Position numbers and translations under genes: made by a program. The notes beneath the pieces were generated by a model. The model saw only the letters and a list, made by a program, of their open reading frames with translations. It was not told where the DNA came from and ran no database searches. Positions 39,727 through 53,679 of a stretch of 64,000 bases of DNA are shown piece after piece. The stretch comes from the human T2T-CHM13v2.0 reference genome, Homo sapiens: the NCBI RefSeq assembly GCF_009914755.1, contig NC_060934.1; one strand, 5' to 3'. Numbering within the stretch: position 1 is the stretch's first letter; each line of letters opens with the position of its first letter.

Positions 39727-41776
39727 TAACCCACAAAGAACTAGTGGTATACCATTGATTATTGTCCTATGGCTATCAGTTTTGTAACCATAAAGTAAAT
39801 TCATTTTAGCATTCCTGATGGGTTACTTTATTTGTCTGCTCTTTGGATCCTCATTTAAACTGACTGTAATATCTTACTGATTTAGTCATTGACATAAAAT
39901 CATAGACACATGCTTATTTTATATTTGTGTGTGAATCAAGATTCCTCTTAAAAAACTTATCCTTCAACATACTTCAGAGTGTTATTATGATTAAATTAAT
40001 CAATGTATGTAAAGCAATTAATACAGTGCCTGGTACATAGTGTTCAATAATGTTGGCTAACTTATAAGAAAGGAAGAAGGTAATGAAGAAGTGATAATGT
40101 TAGGTAAGACAAGTTAGGTAAGACAAAGGTCCATTAGTCTACCTATCCTACTCATTCCTGTTTTCCCAAAACAGATATTCAGAGATAAGTTTTGTTAATC
40201 AACAGAACAGCAATCAAAATTCTAACAACACAGCTATTACACAAGAACAAGATCTCAGAAAAATCAGCTAACCTCTTGGATCCCAATGAGAATAATAATA
40301 TTCACTTCAGTAGTTGCTTCGGAGGCTTGCTGAAGTAAGGTATGTGAAATGGGGGTCTGTGAATGAGCTGGAAGAATTATTGTCCTCCAAACAGATTTAG
40401 GAAGCATACATCTGAGTGTCTGTTCAAATTCTATGCCTTCTGGCAGGTGGCTGAAATGCCTTAGTGGGCCAGGTGTAAGAAACAGGCAGCTCTAGCCATC
40501 TATTTTTATTTTAGGTAGAGATCAAATACTTGATAGAGATAGAATATTTTTCTATTACAAGAAAAACAATAGAAAAACATGATGATAGATGGAAACAAAT
40601 ACTCTAGCTTAGAATCAGAGAAGGAGCATAGAATGGGATGGTGTACTGGGAGGGAGCAGCTCTGGTTAATTGTTGCCACCTAAGAATTCAGGTCCAGAAT
40701 TTTAAAAGAGCAGCAAGAAACCTTAATTATTAGTGATATTTATATGAGCTCAAGCAAGTTAGTAAACATACATGGTAACCAATCCACATTTATCATCCCT
40801 TTGTGACCTCTCTCTTAGGCCATTTTCTTGTATATGTTCTTTGGGTGGCAACTACTTGTTGGTGACACTCATCACGAGTTGCTTATCACTGAAGCCATTT
40901 TTTACTGGCATGAATAGAAGATGAATGCCAGAGAACTGTGTGGTCATTTTTGTTAATCTGGCTGGAGTTGTTAGTATTTAATAAAGAGAACATGTAAGAA
41001 ATATTTGTAGTTCTGAGTCAAAGACATTGATACTTTGTTTTGTCCATCACAGGTTGCTTTGCCATCACAATCTGTAAATGTGGTGAGAAAGGGTTCTAAA
41101 TATGTCCATCCTTTTAGGAAACTTTGAAATATAGTAAAAAATAAATAACTTTGAAGTAATATACACATGGATTTGAACCTCAGTACTCTGTTGTTTAAGC
41201 AGTAACTTCTGTTGTTTAAGCAGTAACTGACCAGGGATAATCAATGTCCCTGATCCTCAGTTTCCTCACTTATAAAAAGAGAATTAACAGCTGCTCAAGG
41301 AATCAACCTGCTTTTATCTTCCTGCTCTGCCATCTTTAATGTGGAACTTCCAGTTCTTTGATAAGAAGGTGGCTGTTGCATCTACAAGCATTGCTTCTGA
41401 GCTCTAGGCAGGAAGAAGGGAGAAGAGTGAAGGTTAAATGACATAGGTCAGGTGAGTGTGCTTTCCTTATCAAAATTCAGTAGCTTTCTTAGAAGTCACA
41501 CCTAGTAGACTTCTGCTTATCAGCCATACTATCCATCATTGGTTGCAAGGGAACTTGGGAAATTAGGATTTTTTTTTAGCTGGGTACACTTCCATTCACC
41601 TGGATGGCAGAGTTTTAATACTATCAATGAGAGATTGGCTACTGGGCAAAAAACAAAGAAAAACAACCAGCAGTATCTGTCACAGGGCTCAATAATCCAA
41701 AATATTATTTATATGATGACTTCTATCTCAGCTAGTCTCTCTCCCTTGTCATAATATTCAAAATGCTGGGCATATA

Positions 41777-41777
<1 letters not shown>

Positions 41778-41815
<38 letters not shown>
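41778..41815. repeat. (TG)19 microsatellite
   Basis: Read directly; alternating purine-pyrimidine continues to ~41830. Confidence 0.95.
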
Positions 41816-41816
<1 letters not shown>

Positions 41817-42349
41817 ACATGCATGCACATCCAATCTGGTTTCTTGCCCATTTAGCTGGTACATCAGAAGTATATTCTTCCTAGGTAATCTTCATAAAAA
41901 GTTAAAAATTAAAAAAAAAAGAGAAAGGATTTTTTTATATAATATGCTAAGAAAGTAATTTTGGGTTTTCTTTATGCTGAAGATTGCTACAATAACAATA
42001 ATCATTTTCATATCATAATAACTAAAAATTTACTGATAATTTACTATGTGCCAGACATTGTACAAAATATTCACTATGTTCATCATGAAAACTCCATAAT
42101 GTAGACTCATAATCCCTACCCTACTAATAGGGAACTGATGCTCAGAGAAGTTAATGTACTTAAGATTACATAGCAACTATACAGTGAAGCCAATATTTGA
42201 ATTTGGATCTGTCTGATAGCAAAACTCCTGCTCTTGGTCACCATATTATACCAACAGCTTGCAAGATGCCTAACACCTACTTCTGAGGACTCTTTCCACA
42301 CTTTATTCTAAATTTCAAATCTTGGTCTCACTATTTGACCTATACCACA

Positions 42350-43045
42350 ATAATAATTGTTGTAGGTAAGAATCATCAATGAATTCTAAAACTAGTGGGA
42401 AAAGTAGGATGAGAAACAGATTATATGCATATTTTCAAAGTATCTCCACACATGATACTTATTAATTACAAAGAGAATAAGAGTAACTTTACAGTGGAGA
42501 AATCAGGCACACATCACCATAACCAAGTAATGAACCTTAACATCACTAGTAATGAGACATACCAACATCATGTGATTCCGGAAATGATGCGCTGAGAAGG
42601 GCACGGCATCACTTAACATGGTATTCTTATAGAAAATGTGTAACCTGAATTTAATTGTGAGGACACCAGACACACCCACCTTAAGGGACATTCTACAAAA
42701 CAACTAGTTAGGTCTGTCTTCAAGGGTCAGTGTCATGAAAGGCAAAGAATAAATGAGGGAATGTCTTAGAAAGAGACTAAGAAAATGTGACCACTAAGCG
42801 CAATACATAATCCTGGATTGGATCTAGGTCCATAAAAAGAACACTAGTGTGACAATTAGTAAAATTTTAGTAAGGCCTGTATATTAGTTAATAGTGTGAT
42901 ATCGAAGTTAACTTCCTGGTTTTTATAATTGTACTATTATGTAGGGTGAAAAATATATGATAACTGTTTTATGCTTTCTTTGCTGATGGGTTTTTTTGCA
43001 TCTTTTTTGTAAGTCTGAAATTATTTCAAAATAAAAAGATAAAAA
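42350..43045 (+). mobile_element. Old L1M (L1MC/ME) 3' fragment
   Basis: TAATTACAAAGAG...AACTTTACAGTGGAGAAA, ATCCTGGATTGGATC, GTAAGTCTGAAATTATTTCAAAATAAAAAG. Confidence 0.7.
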
Positions 43046-43704
43046 AACTTATCTCCTAGTTGACTTGTTTACTTATTAAAATTATGTCTGAACTAAAAGT
43101 AAATGGACTCTAAGTGTATCTCCAGCAGCTTTCTCATCTGCTCTGCATTTTGTGTTCTATCTCCCTCTAATAGGGTGCCATGTTCAATGGTGGCAGATCT
43201 GAGAGACAGCTATTTACACCCTAGATAGCATACATTTGTATGTTCATTATGCAAAGTTTCTGGAAAATGAAAGAAAAATGTTTTGTTCTAATAAAATTAA
43301 TATATTATGACAGTTTGCTGTCATGTGAAAGTAATGTCTTGGGAAGAAGCTTTAAAAAATTGACATAAAAGAATTGTATGGGCTAGCAGTGGCCCTGCAT
43401 TCTATCCCTTCCAAAGCCACCACCGAGGTACAACCTCTACTCCTCTAGATTAGATCTAGTCACATACTATCTCCTGGCAAGAAGAAATTTCCTCATCCCT
43501 CCTTCAGCAACGGAATGGAAACCTTCTCTCAGGATTTAAAAATATCCTGAGGAGTTACATCCCCAGGTTGGCTGTTGAAAGACAACATTGACCAGCCAAT
43601 ATGTAAAGAGGAAATGCAGCAGTAGCTATTGTTAGACCTCAGAGTTGTAATATAAATAATTCTAAAACTTTCCCCCAAGTGTCCTGAACAGCAGGGGAGA
43701 ATTA

Positions 43705-44275
43705 TATCAGGTAGGATGCTTTGGGCTGCAAATAACAGAAAACTCAGCTCAAACTAGCTTAAACAATGAAGTTTACTAACAGACCATCCAGAGCTCAGAA
43801 GGGTTCCAGGCCCAATGCTATAAGGGCTCCATTCCATTTCTTTGATATTCTCTTGGGTGTATCAGGTTTGTCTCCACATTAAGGCCCTAACTGGTAAGCA
43901 AGGGCTTTCAGCAGCAAATAGGTACACACGTTTCTTTGTTCATATACTACAGAAGAAAAAACCTTTTACCTAACCATACTACAGAAACCTTTCCCTTCAG
44001 TCTGACTGGGTCAACTTAAGTCACATGCCCACGCCTCTACCAATAACACTCCCCAGGGGAAACTCATATATGAAATAAATGAAGTCTGAGTTTCAAAACC
44101 AGTCACTGGTAAGGTGGTGGGATTACCATGAGTGGTTAAGAGTAAGCAAGGTACATTCCTAAAGCTGGCGATGAGGTTAAATTCCTTTGAGTCACAAGCC
44201 TTGTGAAGGAAGAGTGGACACCTAAAGAAAACCAGGGCTTTGTCAGGGAAAGGAATGAGAGCAATGGAAGCTGAG
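43705..44275 (-). mobile_element. Ancient MLT1-type LTR
   Basis: GGATGCTTTGGGCTGCAAATAACAGAAAACTC; GTCACATGCCCAC. Confidence 0.55.
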
Positions 44276-44377
44276 GAAGTGAATTCCCACCTCTGTCAAT
44301 CTGGAGTGTTGGTCCAACAGAACCCTCTACCAGCAGAATTATTCCTTTGATATCTCTCTTTTTAAAAAAGGGTTATA

Positions 44378-44975
44378 CCACTGTGGGAAACAGTAGGTAG
44401 TTTCCTCAAAAAATTAAAAATAAACCACCATATGATTGGGTAATTCCATCTCCGAATATATATCCAAAATAATTAAAAGCAGAATTTCAGAGATATTTCC
44501 ACACTCATGTTCATAACAGCATTATTCATGACAGTGAAGAGGTGGAAGCAGCCCAACTGTACAACAGGTGAATGGATAGAAAAATGTGGAAGATACACAC
44601 AATGGAATATTATAAAACAGAAGGAAATCTTGTCATGTGCTACAACATGGATGAGTCCAGAGGTAATTTTGCTAAGTGAATTAAGCTAAGTGATTTAAGA
44701 AGACAATCATTGTGAGTCCATTTATATGAAGTACACTCACAGAAGCAGAAAGTAGAATGGTTATTACCAGAGGCCAGCCAGGGAAGTGGCTGGTAGGTGG
44801 AGAAGTGGAAGTGGAGACTTATTATTTCATGGGTATAATGGATTTGCAAGATGAAAAAGTTCTGGAGATCTGTTCTACAATGATGTGTATATGCTTAACA
44901 CTACTGAACTGTACACTTAAAAATGGTTAAGGTGGTAAATTTTATGTTGTGTCTTCTTAATCACAATGAAATTTT
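44378..44975 (+). mobile_element. L1MB-type 3' fragment
   Basis: ATGTTCATAACAGCATTATTCA; CTACTGAACTGTACACTTAAAAATGGTTAAG. Confidence 0.85.
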
Positions 44976-45489
44976 AATATGGAAAAAGAAGTTATAAAAG
45001 CCCCTTTATAAATCAATTTTAAACCTAAAAAATGTTTCCAATAAAAAAAGGAAACGATACAGAAAAGGAATAAAACTCATTTCAAATAATGCAAAAAGAG
45101 AAAAAATAAGGAAAACAATGCCAAAATATTGAACAAGAAAGAGTTTCTTGTTTTATTATCTAAAATACAATAGAAGGATAGACAAAATAGAGCAGGAGTG
45201 AAGATACACAGTTCTAGAATCCTTCAGTGAAAGCAAGGCAAGGTTTTGTTTGTTTTCTTATGTAATCATACAGACATTGCTTTCTTTTGTGTACCTACAA
45301 AAGATGTAAAATTAAGTATCACAAAAGACCCTACACAGTTCTCTCCACACAGGTTGTATCTATAATTCACAAATATATCCACAAAATAGTTTTCAACCAC
45401 ATTTAATTTTTAAAATTATTTTCCTGGTTTATCATAAAAATTCATACACATTTCTATTTCATAATATATCAGAATTGGGTCTATTTTAG

Positions 45490-45837
<348 letters not shown>

Positions 45838-46120
45838 AAGAAGATACTTATTATCTTGTATCCAGAAACTCCTGGCACTTAGCCACATACACCAATGCTA
45901 ATTTGAGAGGCAAAGCACAGGAATGAATTTTCTGGAAGACAATTCTTTCTGTATACAACAATAGGGAACTGGTTAAGTAAATAATGTAGCCACATGAACG
46001 ATTATTACCCATTAAAAAGGATTATGAAGAGTCTATTTATTAAATGGGGGAAATAATAAGTAAAAAGGAAGAAACAGAATACTACATAAATACTGTTTGA
46101 ACATGACTATAAAAGAAACA

Positions 46121-46420
<300 letters not shown>

Positions 46421-46470
46421 GGAAACAGACAATATTAACAATAGTCAATATTTGAAAATATATATAGGAG

Positions 46471-46784
<314 letters not shown>

Positions 46785-47296
46785 TTAATAGATCAAAATA
46801 TTAACAGTGGTAGTCTTTGGGTGGTGTGTCTTTGGAGAGTTATTCTTTCTACCTTTGCTTTGTTTTTTGTCATACCCCATAACAAATCTAAAATGTTTAC
46901 TGAGAGAAAAAAATGGACTGGGGTAAACAAAATACTGTGGGTCCAAAGGCTCACTTATGAAAACCTCAACTTTATTACTTCTCTTTTGGCTGTTCAGAGG
47001 ACCCACATCACCTCCTCCATCCTGCATTTTTTATTTTTAATGTGTTTTTATTAGTTGAGGTCAATATAAAAATACTACTGTAAACAAAAATAAAGACAGA
47101 TTTAAAATTAAGTGGCTCTGTTTTCTCAATGACTTGACTCCTTTGCTATTTAAAATTTTGTTTCTGAGTAAGAACAAATTCATATTATACTGCAAAAAAG
47201 TTAATTTAGAACAAAATGAGCTTCTTGATTGTTTGAAACAGTATTAAAATAAGTCTTCTACCTGGAAATATGAAAATTATTGTTCAAAGGGATATA

Positions 47297-47727
47297 CAGT
47301 AGACGCTTAAACAACATGAGTTTGAATTGTTTGGGTCCACTTATATGTGGATTTTATTCCATCTCTGCTGCCCCTGGGACAGCAAGACCAACCTCTCCTC
47401 CTCCTCCTCCTCTTCAGCTTGCTCGGTGTAAAGATGATGAAGGTGAAGACCTTTATGATGATCCAGTTCCACTTAATAAATAGTAAATATATTTCTTCCT
47501 TGTGATTTTCTTAATATTTTATTTTCTCTAGCTTACTTTATTGTAAGAATACAGTATATATTTTGTATGTTTGTATATATACAACATACAAGATATGTAT
47601 TAATCAAGTGTTTATGTTATCAGTAAGGCAGTCAACAGTAGGCTATTAGTAGTTAAATTTTGGGGGAGTCAAAAGTTTTGTGTGGATTTTTGACTGTGTA
47701 GGGGGTTGGCGCCCCTAACCCCTGTGC
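47297..47727 (+). mobile_element. Tigger2a-type non-autonomous DNA transposon
   Basis: TA|CAGTAGACGCTTAAACAACA...; GAAGACCTTTATGATGATCCA; GGGGGTTGGCGCCCCTAACCCC. Confidence 0.8.
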
Positions 47728-48968
47728 AAGTATTAATATTACAATTTGAGAAGGTGCCTAAACTTCTTCCATTTAAGTGCTCTTTAATAGTGCTGTCATT
47801 GTGCTTCTGGCAAGCACATCTTTACATAACCATGAACTATGTGGAAATTCCAAGATCAGAATAATTTAGATTCTGTCCTTCGGAAACACTGCATTTATCT
47901 CGTGTAAGATGATTGAATGTCCTGCTGTAGATGAGACAGCTCTAGGTTTGAATTGCAAACCCGAAGACTCAAGTGTGTGTATCTTGCCCAACCGTGATCT
48001 CAATCAGAGTGGTCACAGGGCAGCTCTCAGCTAGAATCTGCAGCTGCTGCTTTTCCCTGTCTAGGAGCACCTGCCCAGCGACAGCTGGAGCTCAACCTTC
48101 ACATGAGTTTTCTATTTAGGTAGTGTGCATAACTGAAGGAGTGATTTTGAATTTTAGTTCTGCCTCATACTACTGTGGGGGCATTGGATTAATTTTTGTG
48201 GCAGGAAGGTGTATTGAGATAAATAATTCTTCATATTCTCCATATCCTGTGCTCACTACCTTTTTTCTAAGCGAGACTCTTGGTATTTTCTTCCCCCAAG
48301 GTTTTTTTGCACAAGGAAAGCAGAAGTTATCATGGAGAAGCTTTTATTATGTAATGGTTCAAACTCTTCTAGATTCTGCTAGGTGTTCCCAGAAGAGGAG
48401 AAAGACACGTTGAGAGCAACAAGAAGGATGAGACAAATACCTCCCTATCACTAAAAAGGGGGTGTGTGAGGATGACAGGATTCCTGTGATCTTGAATACC
48501 CTTGGTATAGTGGCCAGAAGAGAAAGCTCAGACAGGAGGGCTATGTGTTGAGGTATAGCTTGAGATACTGTGTTCTCCTAACCTCTCAAATATTTTTGGC
48601 ATTGTAGGTCAGACAGAAGCCATGGAGCAGCCCCATCTAGAGTAAGCTTTTCTGGGCATCCCGCAGATACTCATGCAGACGGAAGAGAGATGACAGGACA
48701 GGCACTCTCCATGCTTTGGCACATTGGGCAAGATCCTAGAATCCTGAGTCATGTCTTGTGAGGGAAGCCCTCAAATGGCTGAGATGTCATTTCCTGCCAT
48801 TCCAATGTAATCATGCTAGTAGTTGATTTTAATTAAACTTAAGAAAATAAAATATCTGTACATTTCTTACACATTTGAATTTGTATGTATTTCTGCTATG
48901 CTTGTTTGAGCCTCTATTTTTTCATCTTATCCTGTAGATAAAAACACTTGCCTCATAGGTCATTGTGA

Positions 48969-49412
<444 letters not shown>

Positions 49413-50267
49413 TAGCTGGCCTTGGGCTAGGGAAGGATGAGGGGCAACATTTTCATAGTAATAATAATGATAACTACCACTTCTTAAGAACCTATCAGTG
49501 GTTTTTAAACTGCCCTGCAGAGTTCTAGGATTCCATGGAGGGTCTCAGGAGCTGCAGTGAACAGAGGGGAGACCAGCGGTTCATGTTCAGGGCTGCCTCC
49601 TCTGCTTCAAGCAGATCAGTTTTGCTCTTACCTAATATATTGATCCTCTACATAACATTTTGTTTGAAAAGTAGTATATCTGTTAAAAATGTTTGAACAC
49701 TTCTACAGAAGTATTGGATCAAGTTGATAATATAAACAAATACATATTTGCCCAGGTTTCTTCCTTTCCAAGCTTGGGCAAAGCAGATATGGGGACCAAG
49801 AGGCAGTCCCGAATCAATATTCAGTGTGATTTTTGTAATGTTACAATAGTAGGAACAATTAGGCTGTTCCTCCCTTCATCCTTCCACTTGTGCTATGCAG
49901 CAAGCAGCAAAAGCAATACCCGGTGAATGAGAACACTTGTGTATTACAAGCCGGGAGTACTCAGTGGGCATATACCACCAAAAGAAAGTGGGGGTTCCCA
50001 TGCCCAGAAGATGAGCTGATGACCCCCTTAGCTTGGTGGTATGTCCTACCTCGCCTCTGTAACCACAGGAAGCAGAACACAATACACAGATAAGCACTCA
50101 CAGACAGACAGACAGACAGGCAGATCAGCAGGTACTAAAAATGTAAACCAAAGGACGCAACCAAGAATCACCACAAATTTGATGAAAATTGCAGAGGAGT
50201 TCCAGAAGGAGAGAATGGTGGGAATGGACAAGAGAGGGAATATACGAAGAATAACAGAATAAAATAC

Positions 50268-50556
50268 TTTTTTTTTTTTGATACAGAGTCTTACTTGTCA
50301 CCCAGGCTGGAGTGCAGTGGCACAATCTCAGCTCACTGCAACCTCCGCCTCCTGGGTTCAAGCCATTCTTCTGCCCCACTCCCCAGTAGCTGGGAATATA
50401 GGCACGCACCACCATGCCCAGCTAATTTTTATATTTTTAGTAGAGACAGGGTTTCACCATGTTGGCCAGGCTGGTCACCAACTCCTGACCGCATGATCCG
50501 CCCGCCTCGGCCTCCCAAACTGCTGGGATTACAGGTGTGAGCCACTGTGCCCAGCC
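50268..50556 (-). mobile_element. Alu (AluS)
   Basis: Full dimer; TSD TAAAATAC. Confidence 0.95.
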
Positions 50557-51719
50557 TTAAAATACCTTATTATCAATCAAAGAAATAAAACTGCCAGTGA
50601 AAGGGCCCATGAGCTATTTAAAATAAATACAAACACAAACTGAAAGACTCCAGATCATACCTTGACAGTTAATGGTAAAGTTTCAGAAAACTAAAGAGAA
50701 ATATCTTAATACTTCTGAAAAGAAAACAAAGTAAAACAAAAATGGATTACTTAACAAAGGAATGGAGGCTTTTAAGATAATCCAACAATATTCTCAAAGT
50801 ATAAAGATAATTTTTAGATATGCCATCATTTAAAGAAAACAATTAAATAGGCTCATAGGATCCTAACAACCTTAGGAGTGTAACATAGAGAAAACAGAAG
50901 TGTTATTTAAACCCAAACTGACCATAGTAACATCTGAATTCCAAAGATGGCGGTTGTGACAAAATTCACATCAATGAGGAAACCAATCTTTATTCTGATC
51001 TTCTCTTCTCAGGGCCTGGGAAATGGAGAAAGGAAAGCCTAAAATTATGAAGCCTCTGCTGGTTCCTCTGGGCTGCTAAAGGAAAGACTTGGACTACACC
51101 ATCCCGTGTTTCAACATATTAATGAGTTTTTGATGTACAAAGGTTGGCCTTTGTTAGTTAGTGGTGGAGACAAGTCATTCTGCATAATAAATTGAGAAGG
51201 ATGACCCTAGGGAAGGCTGGAGGATGAGAGGTGTGGAGTGAGATGGGCTTGCATATCACGGCTGGAGCCTGAACCTGTAGAAAACAGTGGCTTGGAAGGA
51301 GGCATTCCCTTCAGATGGGGTGGCTGAAGGGCTCTTTATTTTCAAAACATCATTTAATTTTTTACTGTGAACAATCTTTAAGTTTATGAAAAAGATGCAA
51401 AAATAGTTTAGTGGGTTTCCATACACCCTGCACACAGCTCCCCTAAATGTTAGCATGTTACATAACCACAGTACTATTATTAGAACCAGGAAATACACAT
51501 TGGTATAATATTACTTATTATACTATAAGCCCTTATTTGAATTTTGTCGGTTTTTCCACCAGTGTCCCTTTTCTGTTCCAGAATCCTACATTGCATTTAG
51601 TTATTTCTTCTCAGTCTTCTGTAGACTGTAACAGCTTCTTAGTCCTTCCTGCTCTTTCACGACCTTGATACATCTGAAGAGTACTGATCAGTTATTTTGT
51701 TGAACATCCCTCAAATTGT

Positions 51720-52026
51720 ATTTTCTTTCCTTTTCTTTATTTTTTAGAGACAGGGTCTTGCTCTGTCACCCAGGATGGGTGCAGTGATGTGATTATAGTT
51801 CACTGTAACCTCGAACTCCTGGGCTCAAGTGATCCTCCCACTTCAGCCTCCTGAGTAGCTGGGACTACAGGAATGCATTATCACTCCCTGCTAGTTATTT
51901 TTATTTTTAGTAGAGATGAAGTCTTGCCACATTACCCAGGCTGGTCTCAAATTCCTGGCCTCAAGCGATCCTCCTGCCTCAGCCTCCCAAAGTACTGGAT
52001 TACAGGCATGCACAACTGTGCCCGAC
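51720..52026 (-). mobile_element. AluJ
   Basis: Full dimer with AluJ-type diagnostics. Confidence 0.9.
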
Positions 52027-52410
52027 AAGTTTTCTTCTGATTGGACTGAGGTTATGCATTTTTGACAAGAATGCCACAGAAATGATACTGCGTTCTCATG
52101 TAATGGGATGTGTGCATCATATAATGCGATTCATGATTCTAATATTACTAGTGATGTTGACCTACCACTTGATTAAGGAGGTTTTTGCTGAGTTTCTCCA
52201 TTGTAATGTTCTTATTTTTCTCTGGATAGTTAATAAATGTCTGGAGAAAATGCTTTGAGACTATGCAGTCTGTTTCAACTCAAACTTTCACTCACAGATT
52301 TTAGCATCCATCTATATATCCTTTCTGCTATAATTATCATTGTGGTGTCTGCCTAGTGGTCATTTTCTATTTCTCTCTATCCTTCTACCTTTATTAGTTA
52401 CATTTTTTTC

Positions 52411-52847
52411 TGCAGTGGCCAGGTCTGGGCAAACCTGCCCCCAAGTCCGAGGAAGCTGAGAGGCCAAAGATGCTGACAAATCCAGTTTCTTCTTAGAAAG
52501 AAACAGTTAATAAAACATCCAGTTTCTTAGAAACATTAAATGAACAGAAGCCATGTCTGTGTCTCAGATGGGCACAAGACGAGACGGTAGGTCCCCACGC
52601 CATTACCCCCAAGACCCAGGTCTTATACACCATAAAGGAGGAGTAGTTCAGAAAGGATGTGTAGGGTAATTGAAGTATGATAACATCAAGGTTGTTTAGC
52701 CTAAGGTCAGGATTTAAGGTAAGTGCCTGCTCTTACACAAAAAGCAACAGATAAACTAGAAATCTTGGTGGCCTTCCCAGAACAGGGGTTAATCAGAAGC
52801 CAACATGGCAGAGCATCACCCAAGATGGAGCTGCTTTAGCCACCACA
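52411..52847 (-). mobile_element. Solo LTR, LTR47-like
   Basis: Reverse complement starts TGTGGTGGCTAAAGCAGCTCCATCTTGG...CCATGTTGGCTTCTGATTAACCCC. Confidence 0.7.
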
Positions 52848-53382
52848 GAATTCTACTCTAAGGAAGAGCTGTCTCTTCTCCCCTACTTCTTTATTTAATC
52901 AATTACTTCAATATATGGTCACAGGAATATTTATTTTACCACGTGGGTTATAATCCACTATGGTTAATATGGTTATTATTTAGCTTGTTGTTCAAATTGT
53001 TCCAGCTTTGGTCTTTTGGAGATTCTTTAGGTTGATGCCTATGTACCTTTGACACATCTTACTTTATTTTAAAGCATTTCCTTACTTTCTGGCACCATGA
53101 GATAGTACACGCTCATTTTGTAATTTCCCTGACCTGCCTAGGACCAACAAGTTCTTGAAGGAACCCTGGTTCCTTTTATTTAAGAATGGTATTTAAAAAT
53201 CAAATCTGGGTACTAGGCATGCTCATTATTACTGGAGTATCATTGCTTTTAGGCCCTATCACTGGGCATATTTGCATGTATACTAACCCGTTAGTATACA
53301 CTGACCTGTGTACATACCCTTGTGTGTATACACTTCTATATTTCTGTATCTAACCATGTATATGTACTAAAAATGATGAGTT

Positions 53383-53679
53383 GCCAGGTACAGTGGCTCA
53401 TGCCGGTAATCCGAGAATTTTGGGAGGCTGAAGTGGGAGGATCTCTCAAGGCCAAGAGTTTGAGAACAGCCTGGGTACATAGTGAGACCCTGTCTCTATA
53501 AAAAAATACAAAAAATTCACCTGGCATGGTGGCACACACCTGTAGTCCCAGCTATTTGGGAGGCTGAGGTGGTAGGCTCACTTGAGCCCAGTAATTTGAG
53601 GCTGCAGTGAGCTATCATCATGCCACTTGCACTCCAGCCTGGGTGACACAGTGAGACTCTGTCCCTAAAATAATAAAAA
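53383..53679 (+). mobile_element. AluJ
   Basis: Full dimer; TSD ATGAGTT. Confidence 0.9.
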
